This document shows, piece after piece, positions 1 through 14,884 of a DNA stretch of 64,000 bases; the first letter of the stretch is position 1, and each line of letters starts with the position of its first letter. Where the stretch lies: the NCBI GenBank assembly GCA_048013815.1, contig CM106586.1, positions 682,001 through 746,000 on the forward strand, in the 5' to 3' direction. A program made the position numbers and the translations under genes. Source of the DNA: Setoptus koraiensis (Eukaryota > Animalia > Arthropoda). The notes under the pieces were generated by a model. It saw only the letters and a program-made list of their open reading frames with translations. It was not told the DNA's origin and did no database searches.

Positions 1-290
1 GATTATCCATATGGAATGATGCAACAATCAAGCTATGGAGGGTAAGTTTATCGATATCATGCCGATTACTAAGAACTTTTGAGATTAAAAGATTAGCTAG
101 ATTATTTGTGATCATTTCATTCAAAAAATACCAATGCTTTTATTGATTATAATGCTTACCATAAACTTAAAATTCATTTAAAATAATGACCAGATATGGC
201 CGTCAACCTTACCAAGGCTATGGAATGCCATCGAGAATCGCAGTAACAGGTGCTTTCCCTTACGGTTATGGCTCCAGATATGGAAGATAG
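1..290 (+). CDS. 3' end of a spliced gene for a Gly/Tyr-rich protein (exons <1-41 and 194-290)
   Basis: Exon DYPYGMMQQSSYG(G) ends at GG|GTAAGT (41/42). Intron 42-193 ends in CAG. The next exon continues in phase: GYGRQPYQGYGMPSRIAVTGAFPYGYGSRYGR* (TAG 288-290). Confidence 0.75.
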
Positions 291-747
291 CAATATAATT
301 AGAATGCTCTTGCTTCAAAACTAGATAGCTATTCATTTATTTCACAATATCCATACGCATTGTGTCTAATTGATAGAAGCCATTTTACAATGTGCCACTA
401 AATGAGAGCTCCGCATGCATGATAACAAAAATTCGATTTTTTAAAAATAATTTTGATTTTGTGTCAGTAATCAAATAAAAACGAACGCCAAACCAAGCTT
501 GTATAAATCAAAAAATTGTATATATCACAGTAGAATCGACACTGTACTCTTTGCTTTATATTGTTGTTTGCTTTGAAATTGATGCCTTTTCATATTTTTT
601 TCACTCCTTTCAATTGATACAATTTAGGTATCGTTGATATAAGAATTGATTTCATCAATACGATGTGAATTTTTAATTAACCTTATTAACTTTATTATCA
701 TCATCCTATATAAAATAATATCATCATATTGCTAAATCAATTCAGGT

Positions 748-1097
748 TAGAAGATTTCTTTGAGCCAGATTTCAAGATTCGCGCAAAGGTTAAAGTTGCT
801 GGCAGCAAGCCAAGCAAATGTCGTTTTATCTCAAACGCTGACAGTGAAATACCAGAGCTAGGTCTAGATTCAGCCCGTTTGAAAATTGATTGCAATCTGA
901 ATCCCATCCGTATGGCCAATGCAGCTTTGAAAGTAGCGAAGCAATATAAGAAACATAGAAACAGTAGACAAAAGAAGAATAAAAGAGGAAGAGCTCCCGA
1001 TCGATCAGTAAGATCGAATTCCAAACATCGAACGACAACAATAGCAATAAATAAAAATGTTGTGTCAAAACATCACAGACAAAACGATTACGACTAA
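748..1097 (+). CDS. Possible terminal exon of an unidentified protein with a basic C-terminal tail
   Basis: Open frame of ~116 codons in AT-rich DNA, preceded by TTCAG|G (acceptor-like at 747). Protein-like composition (RLEDFFEPDFKIRAKVKV...KKHRNSRQKKNKR). No family recognised. Confidence 0.35.
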
Positions 1098-2151
1098 TTT
1101 GATTCCAAGTGTCAACGGTTTCATAGAAAGATAATTGCACAATGTACAAACTACTGTATTATGTTATTTCACTTAAATTGTGTCATAGAAGAAACTTTCT
1201 CAATTAATTGTTGTATACGCTGTTCTAACAAGATCAGTTAATCAGGATTAATTTGTCAGTTAGTTAGCTATCAAATGTATAAAGCAATCACTTTTATGTA
1301 TCTTTATATCAATTGTAATTACCAACCATAGCAAAGCAATGTATAATCGGTTTTAACTATAATTTATATCTATTGGCATTGTTGCACTGAAACAGTTAAA
1401 TGAGTTTTCCAAAAAACTGAAGATAAGCCGCTCCATGCCTTATAGTTTCTTTGATGGCGACCAAATGAAGAATAAAGAGTCTTCATCCCAAATAATTCAA
1501 TGTTGACAGTATTGATTGTATTGATTGTATTCTCATCGAAACGGTTCAAACAAGTAATAAGATTGCGGTAATAGTCAAACGCTATATAGAAGCTTCAATA
1601 GTTAATGAATGTCATTTGTGGTCAAAAAAAAAAGAATAATATGTAATAAATCTTTTGTGGATATATCTAGATATTTTCACAACGTTGAGATCGTTTTGAA
1701 TCAGGAGAAACTATACTCTAATGGATGTCACGTTTATCAAACAATCGATTCTTTAATTAGTGTAACTTCAACGCTGATTTAGCAACAATTAGCAAAAATC
1801 CAAGGATAGTAATGTGATTATTTATTGCGCCATCTATTAATGGTGATGAACATGTGTAGCAGTGAATACTAGTAGAGTATTTAACCTAGATTCTATATAT
1901 ATCGACAGATGGAATTCTCTCTTATTCGATGATTCAATATATGAACATAGAAAAAAAAAGATATGAAGGAAGGGAAGGAGAGAAAGGGAAAGAGAGCAAA
2001 AGCTAGGGAACTTTTTTATTTTGAGGCAATCATATAATCTGGTATGAATAATGTCTACTATTGAAACAATAGAGTGATGTTTATTTGTACTAACAAGTCC
2101 TGTATTGAGTAGACGTCCTTCTATTTTTAAACCAAATCTCTATATTCCGCG

Positions 2152-2651
2152 NNNNNNNNNNNNNNNNNNNNNNNNNNNNNNNNNNNNNNNNNNNNNNNNN
2201 NNNNNNNNNNNNNNNNNNNNNNNNNNNNNNNNNNNNNNNNNNNNNNNNNNNNNNNNNNNNNNNNNNNNNNNNNNNNNNNNNNNNNNNNNNNNNNNNNNNN
2301 NNNNNNNNNNNNNNNNNNNNNNNNNNNNNNNNNNNNNNNNNNNNNNNNNNNNNNNNNNNNNNNNNNNNNNNNNNNNNNNNNNNNNNNNNNNNNNNNNNNN
2401 NNNNNNNNNNNNNNNNNNNNNNNNNNNNNNNNNNNNNNNNNNNNNNNNNNNNNNNNNNNNNNNNNNNNNNNNNNNNNNNNNNNNNNNNNNNNNNNNNNNN
2501 NNNNNNNNNNNNNNNNNNNNNNNNNNNNNNNNNNNNNNNNNNNNNNNNNNNNNNNNNNNNNNNNNNNNNNNNNNNNNNNNNNNNNNNNNNNNNNNNNNNN
2601 NNNNNNNNNNNNNNNNNNNNNNNNNNNNNNNNNNNNNNNNNNNNNNNNNNN
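2152..2651. other. Assembly gap (500 N)
   Basis: Run of N. Confidence 1.
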
Positions 2652-3698
2652 AGCTGGCTGAACTATTATAATACTATTGTCATGTTTACGACAGCTTAAT
2701 GTCGTTACTATTATGTTCATGTTAATTCTCTGTTAATTAGAATCTGGCAATCTGATGTTATTATATGTTAACTTGTATTTCTTCCTGTAAATGTTGATGT
2801 GTATGTATGCGTGTGTATTATTACTATTACAATTTATCAGAATTATACACAACTATCACTATGTTTACATCAATAAGAATGATATTTAAAAGATAGAATG
2901 ATGATAATAAGAAGATATTGAGTAAATATTATTGTATCTGTAAACAAGTGTGCAGAATTGCAATATACTTAAGGTATATTGGTTGATGATAATAGTTAGT
3001 TAGTCTTAAATAATTGTTTAGCTTGTTAAATAAACACAAAATACATACAAAGTACCACACAACAATGTAACCTATGGACCCAAGCTAACTGTAATAGTTA
3101 AGCTGAAAAGATTAGGTTCATGCGATTGTAATTAGTTGTTCACTGATTCTCATACGGTTTTTATTTTTCTTGTTTTAATGTCTAGTTGACATGAATGATA
3201 AGACCCAATTAAATGGGTTCTTTGCACACATTCACTTGCAGGTCTTACTGAAAAAGAGAAAGAAAGAAACTAAATAACTTCTCATCGAACTTTCTCAAGA
3301 GCTAAATATTTTATATGATAACATAGTGGATATCGTTAATTTCATCTCTGACTAATCTCGGTTCAGCTCAAAACATTAACTATTAGCTAATGACTATTAT
3401 CTCATTCAGATATTGATACTAATCACGCGAACAATAATGTTTCCCTTGTTTGTTTGTTTGTTGATTTGTTTAACAGAAAAACTTAAACAAAAAGAGAAAC
3501 ATAAGCATTTGATTGACACACTTTTTGACCGGTGCAACTGATGTATCTATGACACAGACACGAGGATTTGTTTGTTTGTTATTACTTTAGTTGCATCTTC
3601 TGTTCATCATTAATGCACGCAACAACAACCAAAGCAACAACAACAGGTTGCTCGGTGAACACAGCTGAGGAATCAACAGCTATCAATTGATTCCTCAA

Positions 3699-3722
3699 GA
3701 AGAGAGAGAGAGAGAGAGAGGG
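3699..3722. repeat. (GA)n microsatellite
   Basis: Direct reading. Confidence 0.9.
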
Positions 3723-5175
3723 AAGGAGAAAGATCGAGCTTATCATTCCAATGAGAAAGCCACTAATAAGAAATGAAAAGATAAAAGCAAGATACCTTTC
3801 CAATTTGTGATGGTAGCTAACTAGTAATAAGGCGCGTTATTGGTTGCCGTTGTCAAGTAAAAATAATGGTTGGTGATAACTAGTTTTACTAAACCAATTG
3901 TACATATTGAATCTTGTACTTGTTAAGTAATATTAAGTAAGATAAGACATGCACTTAACTTGAAAGTTATTTATCTATTTGTTTGTCACAGCGTTTGTTT
4001 ATTTGTTGCCGTTGTTGTTGCCGAATGCAGTATGTTCTATTCAATCATTTGCTGCTGACATTGTATAAACAATTTATACAAAACAATCCGACACAACCAC
4101 AGACTATCATACTGACGGATAATCAAAATACTCGACCAAATAAACTGCTGAACAAAGTTGAGAAGATAGCGAAATAGATAGATTGGGTTGTAGAGTTGTT
4201 GGTTTCTCGTGACACAAATGCACATTCAAGTAAGTAGACATTATCAGTAAACATGAAAATGTCTCATACTTATGTCTCGCACTCGCTTGAAACAAATGAT
4301 TTTTCACTGTTTATATATATGCAAAAAATTTTTATTTGTTTCGTCACATTGAAATGCAACCTAGAGAAACTTTATGCCAATTGTAATCCAATTGTATCAA
4401 TTTTTTCTCATAAATTTATAATGATTTACTTACAACAAATCTATGAGTATTGCCCTTTGAAACAGTCTACTTATAATTAGTAGTATTTGGTATCATCAAT
4501 TTTCATAAATACCTTGCACTTCATCAAATCACATAATATTCGATTGAATATATGAAGGTTGACACTTATATCAGTTAGAGAAAGTTGTCCCTCAATAATG
4601 ACAATAAATAATCTTGATACTTGTTGTTTGTTTATCTGATAGGTTGATTAAGTTATTGACTAGTTATTAAAATTGGAGAGCAGAATGGTCGATTGTCCGT
4701 GACAAGTGATTAGTGAGAAATGATGGTTTTATTTCATTCTGAATAAATCATACCAGTGCAAACAATTAAAATGGCATAACTTTGCCATCAAACTTCTTTG
4801 TCTGACTAGATTAACAATTAATAATGAGAAAATTGCTCTGTAATTCGAATCAATTTAATCAAAGGCTAAATAGAATCGAAAGCAATTCAATGATGATGGG
4901 CAGCCGTCAATCATGACAATTAATGATAGCAACAATCATGAGAGAATATGTTTGACTTAGATGGTTTTAACTTATCAACTAGGCCTATACAAGATCATTG
5001 CCACGTGAATCACATACTTATTACAGATGCATTAGAAAAGAAAATAGTACAAAGTAAGGAAATGTGCACTGTTTATCTCGTGTTTATGAGATCAACACTT
5101 ATTTTTTTTTTTCTGTATGTCTTTCCAATCTTATTCTTACTCTCATATTGTCACCAGCACTTTATTGATATAATA

Positions 5176-5245
5176 TGTCATTGTCATTGTCATTGTCGTT
5201 ATCATCATCATCATCGTCATTATCACTGTCATTGTCATTGCCGTT
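5176..5245. repeat. Compound (TCATTG)n/(CAT)n microsatellite
   Basis: Direct reading; produces spurious His/Cys and Ser/Leu ORFs. Confidence 0.9.
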
Positions 5246-8200
5246 GTCAAGATTGGTTGTCATGGTAGTTGCTAGAGTCACACAGGAAGATGATGATGTT
5301 AGTTGTGTGAGCTGGTCTTGCCAAGTCGACCAACTCAATTATGTACTACTAGCCAACATGATGATTATGTAATAATGGAAGAAATTAATACTATTTTTAA
5401 TGTTGCCAATTACTTATATTGGCAACATTTAACAATTACGTATATCTTTTCGCTCCACTAAAAGCAATCAAACTGAACCAGATTACGAGTCTCTATTAAT
5501 AGTAGCCATGCATAAATGATGATGATGAGTTAGTTAGTCACCTAAACACATTCAATGTTTGCAAGTTTATCTTCTAAATCAATTTATCAATCTATAACTA
5601 CTTCATGTATCTACTTAGTACCAAATATACTTCGTATAGATACATATGAGAGTGTAATTTAGATGATCAAGTCGGTGACGACTTAACTCATTTTATCATT
5701 GATTATCACCATATATACAATAAGTCGCTAGCGTGTCTTACTAATTATAATAATAAGTCAGGCGACCTCGTAATGCGAAATGCTCAATGCGTAATTGTTG
5801 CTTTGCTCGATAAAAGTTGATCAAGATAATGCTGCAGCAGCTGCACACAATGATTGATTATACGCAATCAAAGTATAGGATAACTAGTTTATTTCGTTGC
5901 TTTCAGGGGAGTTGGGAGATCCTATATAAATATATACAAGATAAAATTATTATGAAAGCAAACAATCTTCACCTATTACTAGTTATTAATATTTTTATTA
6001 TCTAGCAGCAACGAAAATAAGTGGAATTCTGGCAGCTGTGTAAGCAATAGAAAGTCAAGTAGTCTGTTTGGCGGTTGTGATTATGTGACACAAACATACT
6101 TATATACTTTAGCATAGATATACTCATCTTATATATTGACTGGAACAGTATCGATGAAAATGGTTACAAATTCACTAACTTAATTCGACTAATACCAATA
6201 AAGATGATTAGTGACGATAAGTAATTAGTGATAATTGATGATGATCACACACACACACGATTAAAAGCAGACTAACGATTGTTGTTATCTAGCATGAGTC
6301 ATTGAAATAAGAAGAAAAAAAAATAATAATAATGCAAAGAAAAGTAAAGAATCGCTAATAATTGTCACGTGACTAATTTAATGTGCATGAGTGCCATGTG
6401 AATGTCTATTTCTGTGTAGCCGCGTTGAGGCACAAAGACAACAACTGACCAATTTTATCAACACTAATAGTGTATACTGACCTCATAATAATTTTGCCCA
6501 ATGATGGATGAGTATTCCTAACAACACAAACACCAACAGTATCTTGGCATGTTGATTGATGAATTTGAACCAATTAATTTGATTAATCTGATCCAATGTG
6601 ACATTGATTTACAATTGATTTGTTGGTTGGCGTGATTTGATTTTATTGTAATGATGTTGTTATGCAATTAGATTGTATGAGTATTATAGCACCAAATAGT
6701 CATTGACAATTAAAACGAGCATTCAATTTGATGTTGACAACAACAATCAAGTTGACAATCGTACTAATTATGATCATACTAATGATGAACTTTGTGCAAA
6801 TTGTGTTTTTTGTTTGTTTGCTTTCATTTAGTTTTGTCACTTTTTTTGCTTTCGTTGTATATCGTTTGGTGCGTTGTTTATTGTTTTGTTTGTTGTTCGC
6901 TCACTTGTTTTGTTGGGTTTGTGTTAAAACTTAAGACAACGACAAAAACTGATGCAATTTATTCTTTTCGAATTGACCACATGTGATATAGCAAGTGTAG
7001 CCAATATAGCGACATTGACAATTGGATGCACCTTGTCTCATTGTGTGATGCGGCGATGGCGTTATATGACGTTTGTTTGTGAGTTTGATTCAACTTGAAC
7101 TGGCGCAACATTTGTTGGTTGTTGGAGCGCATAATTCTTGCGCATGCCACATCAATTCACCAATGGAATGTTCACATGAGCCCCATCAAACCGACCGAAT
7201 TTAGCCAGCAAACCCGACAACATACGCACACGCACTACATACTACACACTACACACTACGCACATACTGCGTACGACGTACAACGTGCTAGGCGCGTATA
7301 CACGTGACTAGCCATTAGTTGTACAATTTGCAGCACAATATAAACAGTGTGCTAAATATAAACAGTGTTGTAATGCTTCACTTTTGGCCAGTTGACCAGT
7401 TCAACAATTAATGTGTGTCGAAATAAGACCCAGCAACGGCAACAACCGGGTATCACAACTGGGTACCTCTTGTGATTTAAGTGATATATTTTGTTTTGCC
7501 ATTTCTATTATCCGACATAAGCACTTTCTTTTTTCTCTGTTGCCGTCAAGTAACAAATTTCCATGCTGTGACGCGAGTCGCCCTCACTGCAACTTGTCCA
7601 CTGTTATATGAATACAGCAACAATATTAATATTGTTACATAACATTGTGTGCCTGTTTGTTTGCTTGTGATGTTTCTGGTGTGTGCGCTCAAGATGAAGT
7701 TGAATTGGCTACTTACGCGCCAACTAAGATTCTGCCTTGTTCACATACCTACTCGATAGAGAACACACTCAAATGGAAAGTGAGGCGGCAACATTTAGCA
7801 ACATAAATATAAATCAAGTGTAAGAGATAGAGGTAACAAATGCCATGTCTCTCTCTCTCTTTGTCTCTCATTTTGTTGGCCTATAAATATGATGCAAACA
7901 TGCGAATGGTCATCAGTCAACAAACAACTGAACACTATTGGTTGGACACTTAACAACGTTCTGCCACAAACAATAATTATCACATTTGTGTGTATGTATT
8001 TAGTACTGGGCAACAATAATATAATATCTCTTGTGGCTATTACAATGTAAATTGCACACACTTTTGGTCGGTTGGTCAGCTAAACACTAGCCAATATTAG
8101 AGAGCCAAGATCTGATGCATCTCTCTCAAACACTGAACACTAAAACAGGAATGCTTAGTGGGTTTAGTCGTAGTTGTGCCGATTTCTATGTGTTCGCATG

Positions 8201-10110
8201 TATGTTTCCATTACATTGATAGATGAGTGCAAAATAATAAATTACGCCAACCAACCAACTAACTAGTTAACAGACAAACGAAGCGAAACCATTTAAGCCA
8301 TTTAGCCGAACCATTTACACAGACTACAGTCAACCATTCTTTTTGTATAATCTGTTTCCAAATGAGCGAGCAAGCGACGTTCACCACCGCATGCCAACCA
8401 ACCCAAACCAACCGATAACAAAAACTAACACTTATAGTGATTATGATTATTATTACATGTATTATGATTACTGACTAATATCAAGATGATGGTCTGCATC
8501 AAGTGTCAAGTATAAGAATTAAGCATACTGATAAGTATCAAGAGATAACACGCATAGCTGCCTGTCGTTGTTAATTGTTCGTTTGTTTTGGGTTATAGTG
8601 ACCAGTGATCAATTAATCAACAATTCTCATTCTCAATTATGACATTAGCTTTTATACAAGCAAATAATTATAATTGTCTCTAATAATTAATATTACTGTA
8701 ACAACAACAACAACAACAACATCAGCAATTTTAGTTCGTTGCCTCCAACTCTTTGCATCTCACTCTCTATTCATTTGTATTATTCGTAATGACATTAATT
8801 ATCGTCTTACAATTAGTTGACATTGTTGTGGTATTTTGTGGATGACAGTGGTTGCACCAAGCACACTGGCAATTAGCTTGTGTCTCTATGACTACTGTTA
8901 ATTACTATTACATTATATTCTGACAGTTGCTAAATTCTTGAACACTATTCAACAGTTCAGCGACATTTAATTAAACGACATTCATAGGTGTATCGGCCAT
9001 TCGTACATGAATCCACAAAGACAATAGGACAGTTTTGTTGCCTGTATTTGTTAGTTGTTTTGCTAGTTGTTTCATATATAATTCAAATTGTATATCTTTG
9101 ACAAAAAATCTATCCTCTCGTAGCAGTGATTGGATTAGAATCAAGTAGAAAAATTATAATACATGTAGTTCAATCGATGGCGCAACGAAGGTCATTTTAG
9201 ATGATGATGAATTGATGACCAACCAATGAAGATAGTCAAAAGAAAGGATAATAATTGCGCACAACTGCACATCTGTATGGACAACAAGAGATATGGGTTA
9301 TAGTGTTGCTCCAATTGTACTTGTAGATATAACTACATGTATTGGCCACCTAGTAGTGTGACCAGTACGCAACTATATCTGATATACTGTACATGTAGCA
9401 AACGCACTCAGCTACAATATTTGGCGTTGATTTTAGCGATGAGCGATCCATGAGAACCACACAAAGAGGGACAAAGAACACAGTGAAAGAATTCCATAAC
9501 GATGGGGCTACTTTTCCTTTATCCTCTCGCTCTTCTTTCTTTGTAACAATATGTTCACGCAATATATACACATACAGATGTATAGAGACAGTTGCATATT
9601 GTTATTGTTTGACAGTAGGCAAACACGTGAGTTTCTTCTATTAATTCAAAATGTGTAACCTCTATAGTTGCATGATGAGTATACCAGACAGCCATTGGGA
9701 CAGACAGACAGGCAGACAGACAGTGAGACAGTGTACGTGCAATATTGGACAATGCCAATGCAAAGTGCTCGTGGTAATCGCAAGTTACAGCAACAACAAT
9801 GCCACTGACTACTGGTTGTTGGCCAGTGGCGCAAATAATGATGACAAACGTCCATTCTCACACATCGTCAATTGTTCACAAGCAACGCCAATGATTGATT
9901 TTGAATGTTTAATGTTTGCTCTCTCTCTCTCTCCCTCTCTTCTTATCTGTCTACTGTTCCTCTTATCATTTATACATCTTTTCGGCTCAGCCAATAGCTT
10001 AACTTATATCTGTTTTGCTATACTAACAATACCATTACTGTTACCATTATTATTATTATTTACTTATATACACTGTCCATTATTCACTTTGCATTCACTA
10101 TGTCTATTCA

Positions 10111-10113
10111 GTG

Positions 10114-10146
<33 letters not shown>
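10111..10146. repeat. (GT)n microsatellite
   Basis: Direct reading. Confidence 0.9.
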
Positions 10147-13100
10147 TTACAATATACAATAAGCACAATCTAATTTTCTAATCTAGATCTACAAAGTTTC
10201 TTCTTTCTCTCAACTTGCTGCTCCTGTCTACATCACTTACACAAACAATAAATTGTATAAGATTAACCTCTACTTTTACCTTTTAATACATTATGCAGTG
10301 GCCATTGGTCAGTCAGTCTCTGTTGTCATTATCTGCATTGTGTGTCAATATGCAGATACAAACAATACGGGCCAACTCACTAGAGTTACAGATTATCTAA
10401 TACTTTTATTTTATTTTATTTTATTTTTGTGTATTTCAACATATTTTCAGCGTATTTTCAGCTTATTGTGTGTGTGTCTGCTTCACTGGTTCAATTGAAT
10501 TGCTGGCTAAAATAAATGATGCTGACACTGCATTTTAACATCATCCTCTAACACTAAACTAAACTTGACCAATGAAGAGCAATGCGATGCTCGCTAATGC
10601 TGATCACATGAGATCCACTGAGATGTATCGGTTGTTGTTGTTGTTGTTGCATATCAATTACGACCAAGTGCTAACAGCAACAAAGAATCAAAGAGAGCGA
10701 GAATCCATTGGGGTACCCTGTTCTGTTTGAAATTGCAGCGTTTTTGTGCTTTCTTATGAGCCAACCAATATTACCAACCAAACCAACCATAGAGTCTGAT
10801 ATATGTACACTGTGTGATGCGAACAAATCTGTGCTTCGAGTTCTTTAATGGAACGGTCAGTGTGGTGTACGTGTTTGCAGCTTACAGGTAATTATTTCTA
10901 TCTGTCGTATCTGTTCAGTGGAAAGTCGTAGAATGAGAATTCTTTTTAAAATCATGAGCATGAGCATGATTCTTTTGGCTCATGTCCAATCGATCATTAT
11001 AGATAAGTAATGATCGCTAGTTATCGTCTATATTGTTCACTAAAAGTCTCTATATCGCAAACAAGTAAGCGTCATGAGCATTGTATTTAAAGTAGTGTGT
11101 CTGTAACATTAAACATTGGACAGCATCACCATTATATTATCACACATAACTGACACAAATACTGATATGCATGACACACGCATTAAACAGTTGCGTTCGC
11201 TCACTGGTATACAAGTGACACAGGTAATTTTTCACACACTCTCTGCACGATCTTTATCAACGTTATTCTTACGTTGAATTCCTTTCTCTTTTTCCATGCC
11301 TTCAGTGGAGCAACGTGCACTACTAAATCTATTTATCTATTTTAGTTGTAAGCATAACAGTATAAGAGTGTTATAGACTATACTGTTATACAGTAACAGT
11401 GTGACAGAGAAAAGCGAACAGCTAAAAGCGAAAGAAAGAAAAGAATGAGAATAAATCTCGTTGAGTTAAGTCGAATCGAACTGAACTGTAACCGAGTTGA
11501 GCTGAGTTGGCAAAAGTGGGTGAATATAGTGCACTGTGTAGTGGGTAGTAGGTACTCTCATAGTGATAATAATAATAATACGCTCATATGGACACACACA
11601 CACACACAAATAGTTGGTTAGACAAGTAGCATTGGTTGGAAAAGAAGAAGCAGAAGCAAAAGCGAAAGCAGAAGCAAAAGAATAAGAAGAAAAGAAATTC
11701 TTTCCCTCTCTCTCTCTCACTATATATATAAGTTCTTTTCGTTGTGTGTCTACTCTAATATCATACACTATCTATAGGTAAACTGGACTAAATAGAGTTC
11801 AGTAGTGTGTGCGTTCTCAACATGAGTTAGATTTTATGCCACCGCATCATCTTATGGCGCTATCATTCCTTATTCTCTCGCTCTCGCTGTGGGTCTCATT
11901 CTTTTTCTCATACTCGTTGCCATTTCACTGACATTCTCTCTGATCGTGCACTCTCCTCACTTATATATCACATAACAACCATACATATACTAGTATGTAC
12001 ACAGTAGTTCACTTGAACAATAATACAACGACAGTAGAGAAAGAGAGAGCGAGAGAGATATATAGCGACCAGCACAAACACTTAGCTCTAGACGATATAC
12101 GATATAAGATGCATTGTGTCTTCCTCTTCTCTCGTGATACCTATCGATCGTGTAGATAAAACCGAACGACTGATGATGGGCCCATTTAGATGCAATACCG
12201 CATCCGAATTATAAATAACCTATAGCGAAGCGCAAAAGATAAGCGAAAGATTATTCCTATTTCTATTGTGCTTATAACATACCCTAGAACCCAATCTCAT
12301 TGCACCTTTGTACCCCTGTCTCTTATACCCAAATAGTTGCGTTATACCCTAAAGTGGTAGAAGTTTTAGTTCTAACTTGCAATTCTATTCCTGTTCGCCA
12401 ACTATATCACTAGCACTGCTGGTCGGAATACGTTACGTGTCACTAATATACATTGTATGTAATATATTATGGCCGCTATATGTTTATATCAACGGTCATA
12501 TTAACGGGTCCGTCTTATGCATTTTAAGTGTATATATCTAACATGTATACACCTTGACTATCTGTACATACATAGTACATGCTAACCGTTATATATATCG
12601 ATATATACCGGTATATATGGTTGTAAGAGTGCATGTATGGCGCTATTTTGGCTTTTAGTTAGATTTTAGTTTTAGATGCTTCTCTTTACAGTTTCCATGA
12701 ATAGCTGTAATGAATAGAAGAAGCTTATAGAATATAGTGGGCATAAAATTGATGCTTTGCAGACATTCAACGCTATCACTATCGTCATTGCCAACTTGTA
12801 CCGCCACTCACTCGCCCGGTAACTAGTAGGTAAGCCGAGATATACAGACGACGACTAACTGCTCACTGCTTTGGGAGGTATTAGACAATAGCTAATGGGT
12901 AAGTATCTGGGCTAATGTTGGCTGACTATTTGAAAAGTTGGGCACAAAGTTGGCGGCAAGCGTGAATAGATGCTACACACACACACACACACACAAACAT
13001 GACACAAGCCGACGCGGTGCAATGTGATGCGATTCCATGAGAAAAACGTCGTTCCGTGGCTGTTTCTCTGTAACTCTCCTGTTTGTTTGCACGTGTTTTC

Positions 13101-14359
13101 GGCAAAATTCAGAGCAAAGTAGAAGCGATATTCAGGTGAGGTAAGAATAGAATTCCATCGCTCACACACACACACAATGAGTGGACATGGAACAGAATAT
13201 AATAGAATTGATATAAACATGCATGGGTGTCATTGCTCCCACTGCTTCTTCTTCTTCTCTTACTTTTTCCTTTTCTATTTCTTCTCGCTATATCACCGGT
13301 ATCGCCAACAAAACATCAACTTGCCCAATAATGCTACAGATGCTGCTATCTGGTGGCAATTGCAGCTATAGTCAGAGCAGCTGTTTATATGTAATAATAA
13401 GAGATTGCAAAAGAGATGGCTAGTAGTACTTATCTTTCTTTTATCTAGCAAACATGATGGCCACTTCTAACTTATAATAGCTCAAACAGATAAGAGCAAG
13501 AGCGAGAGAGATAATCTCTTACTATATACTGTATAACAGTTTAATAGATGCGTTACTCACTGATACGATAAGATGAGCCGAGCCGGGCTGAGCTGAAGCG
13601 AGTTTATAGAATAGATGAGATAGAGGGCGCATTAGAGCATCACAATATGGGTACACCAAAGAGGGGCCTCATAGGATAAAGAGCATCAAAAATCACTTGA
13701 TATCATACACATGACATTTGTGGTGACGCGATTCGATGCCATTGTGAACAGCATAGTTGTGATTCACTATTCACATTGGGCATAAAAAAGGATGAGATTC
13801 GTCGGCTTGTAACTAACTGTCCATTACACTTTACTTGTAGTGGTACAATCGTGTTCAGAGTAGTCTATACAGAACAGTTGAACTGTCCGTTTCCACACAT
13901 GCGTACACAGGCATATTTCTGTGTTCGGAGAGGCCAGTGAAAGCATCATTTTGGACCCCTGTATGGATTAGTTCGAAGGCGATTGTAAATTGTGCGATTT
14001 ATTACTATCTGACAATGCTTATGCCACTCTCAGTCTCGATGTTATTTAGCATAGTTAACTCGATCTCAAGAACAAGGACGCGCCCACAGTTGAGTAGAGA
14101 TGTGACAGCTGAAGAGAGACAACGAATGGACAGTTTTCAATTCCGCTCGGTACTGCACTGTTCAGGATGATTATTCAATAACTCTATGTCGGAATGCTCA
14201 GGTGAGCTGAGAAATTGGAACTTTAGGAGTGTTTCCCGGTCACCTGGGGGGATCTCGGGTGCGCATGTCACGCAAGCGCCGTGAGATTGAGGAGAGAGGG
14301 AGAGAGAGCGCCAAATAAACGAATTTCTGGTGTCGTATGACGACCAAGAAGCATCCCTG

Positions 14360-14494
14360 GGTGTTCGATCGGATAGTGACCAAGCCCGATTTCCATAAAA
14401 CTTCACCCCTGGGCCCCAAAGGAGCCCCAAAAGACCTTTTCGACGGCCCGGAAGTGCGGAAATTTTCACTTCCGGAGTTATGGGAAAACTCATT
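14360..14494 (+). mobile_element. Truncated arm of the 9-bp-TSD TIR family
   Basis: GGTGTT terminus followed by the family subterminal motif CCGGAAGTGCGGAAA; cut off by a Helentron-like 5' end. Confidence 0.6.
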
Positions 14495-14605
14495 TTAAGC
14501 GCTTAATTTTAATTGAAGGGCTACTGATGTAGTGTTGTGGGATCCCGAAAATCACGCATGAATGTCCACGCACGGTATGATGATGGATACTGAATTTCTG
14601 TTTTT
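14495..14605 (+). mobile_element. 5' end of a Helentron/DINE-like element (variant A2)
   Basis: TAAGCGCTTAATTTTAATTGAAGGGC..GATGTAGTGTTGTGGGATCC; same start at 31481 (+) and 45428 (-). Confidence 0.7.
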
Positions 14606-14644
14606 AGTCGAATGGAGACAATTCAACTCACCTGAAACTTCGTC

Positions 14645-14884
14645 TTATTCGAGTCTTGTTTGACGTTGGGGATCTTTATTCCAATATTCGATTATCAGAG
14701 GAGCGTAAGAACGTTTGCGATCATTGTTGAAGCAATGATTATAAGTTACATCAAAAATTGAAGATTCTTCATAAAGAATTACATAATAATATCGTCCATC
14801 TACGTATCTCCCATGATCTAAAATACGAAAAGGTGGAACACAATTAAGAAACTCCTTGATGGGTATCGGTTGCTGTTCAGCCAT
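14645..14884 (-). pseudogene. Short ORF with divergent chromo/chromo-shadow-like pattern
   Basis: RILDHGRYVDGRYYYVILYEE...APLIIEYW resembles the chromo-fold consensus; visual match only. Confidence 0.3.

Noticed and set aside
2097-2151. Possible exon PVLSRRPSIFKPNLYIP after CTAAC..AAG
   Set aside because: Runs into a gap; too short to support.
2652-14150. Many 60-176 aa ORFs in the AT-rich region
   Set aside because: Low-complexity or microsatellite-derived with no recognisable motifs. Small exons at scattered GTAAG donors (10887, 12896, 13140) cannot be excluded but are unsupported.
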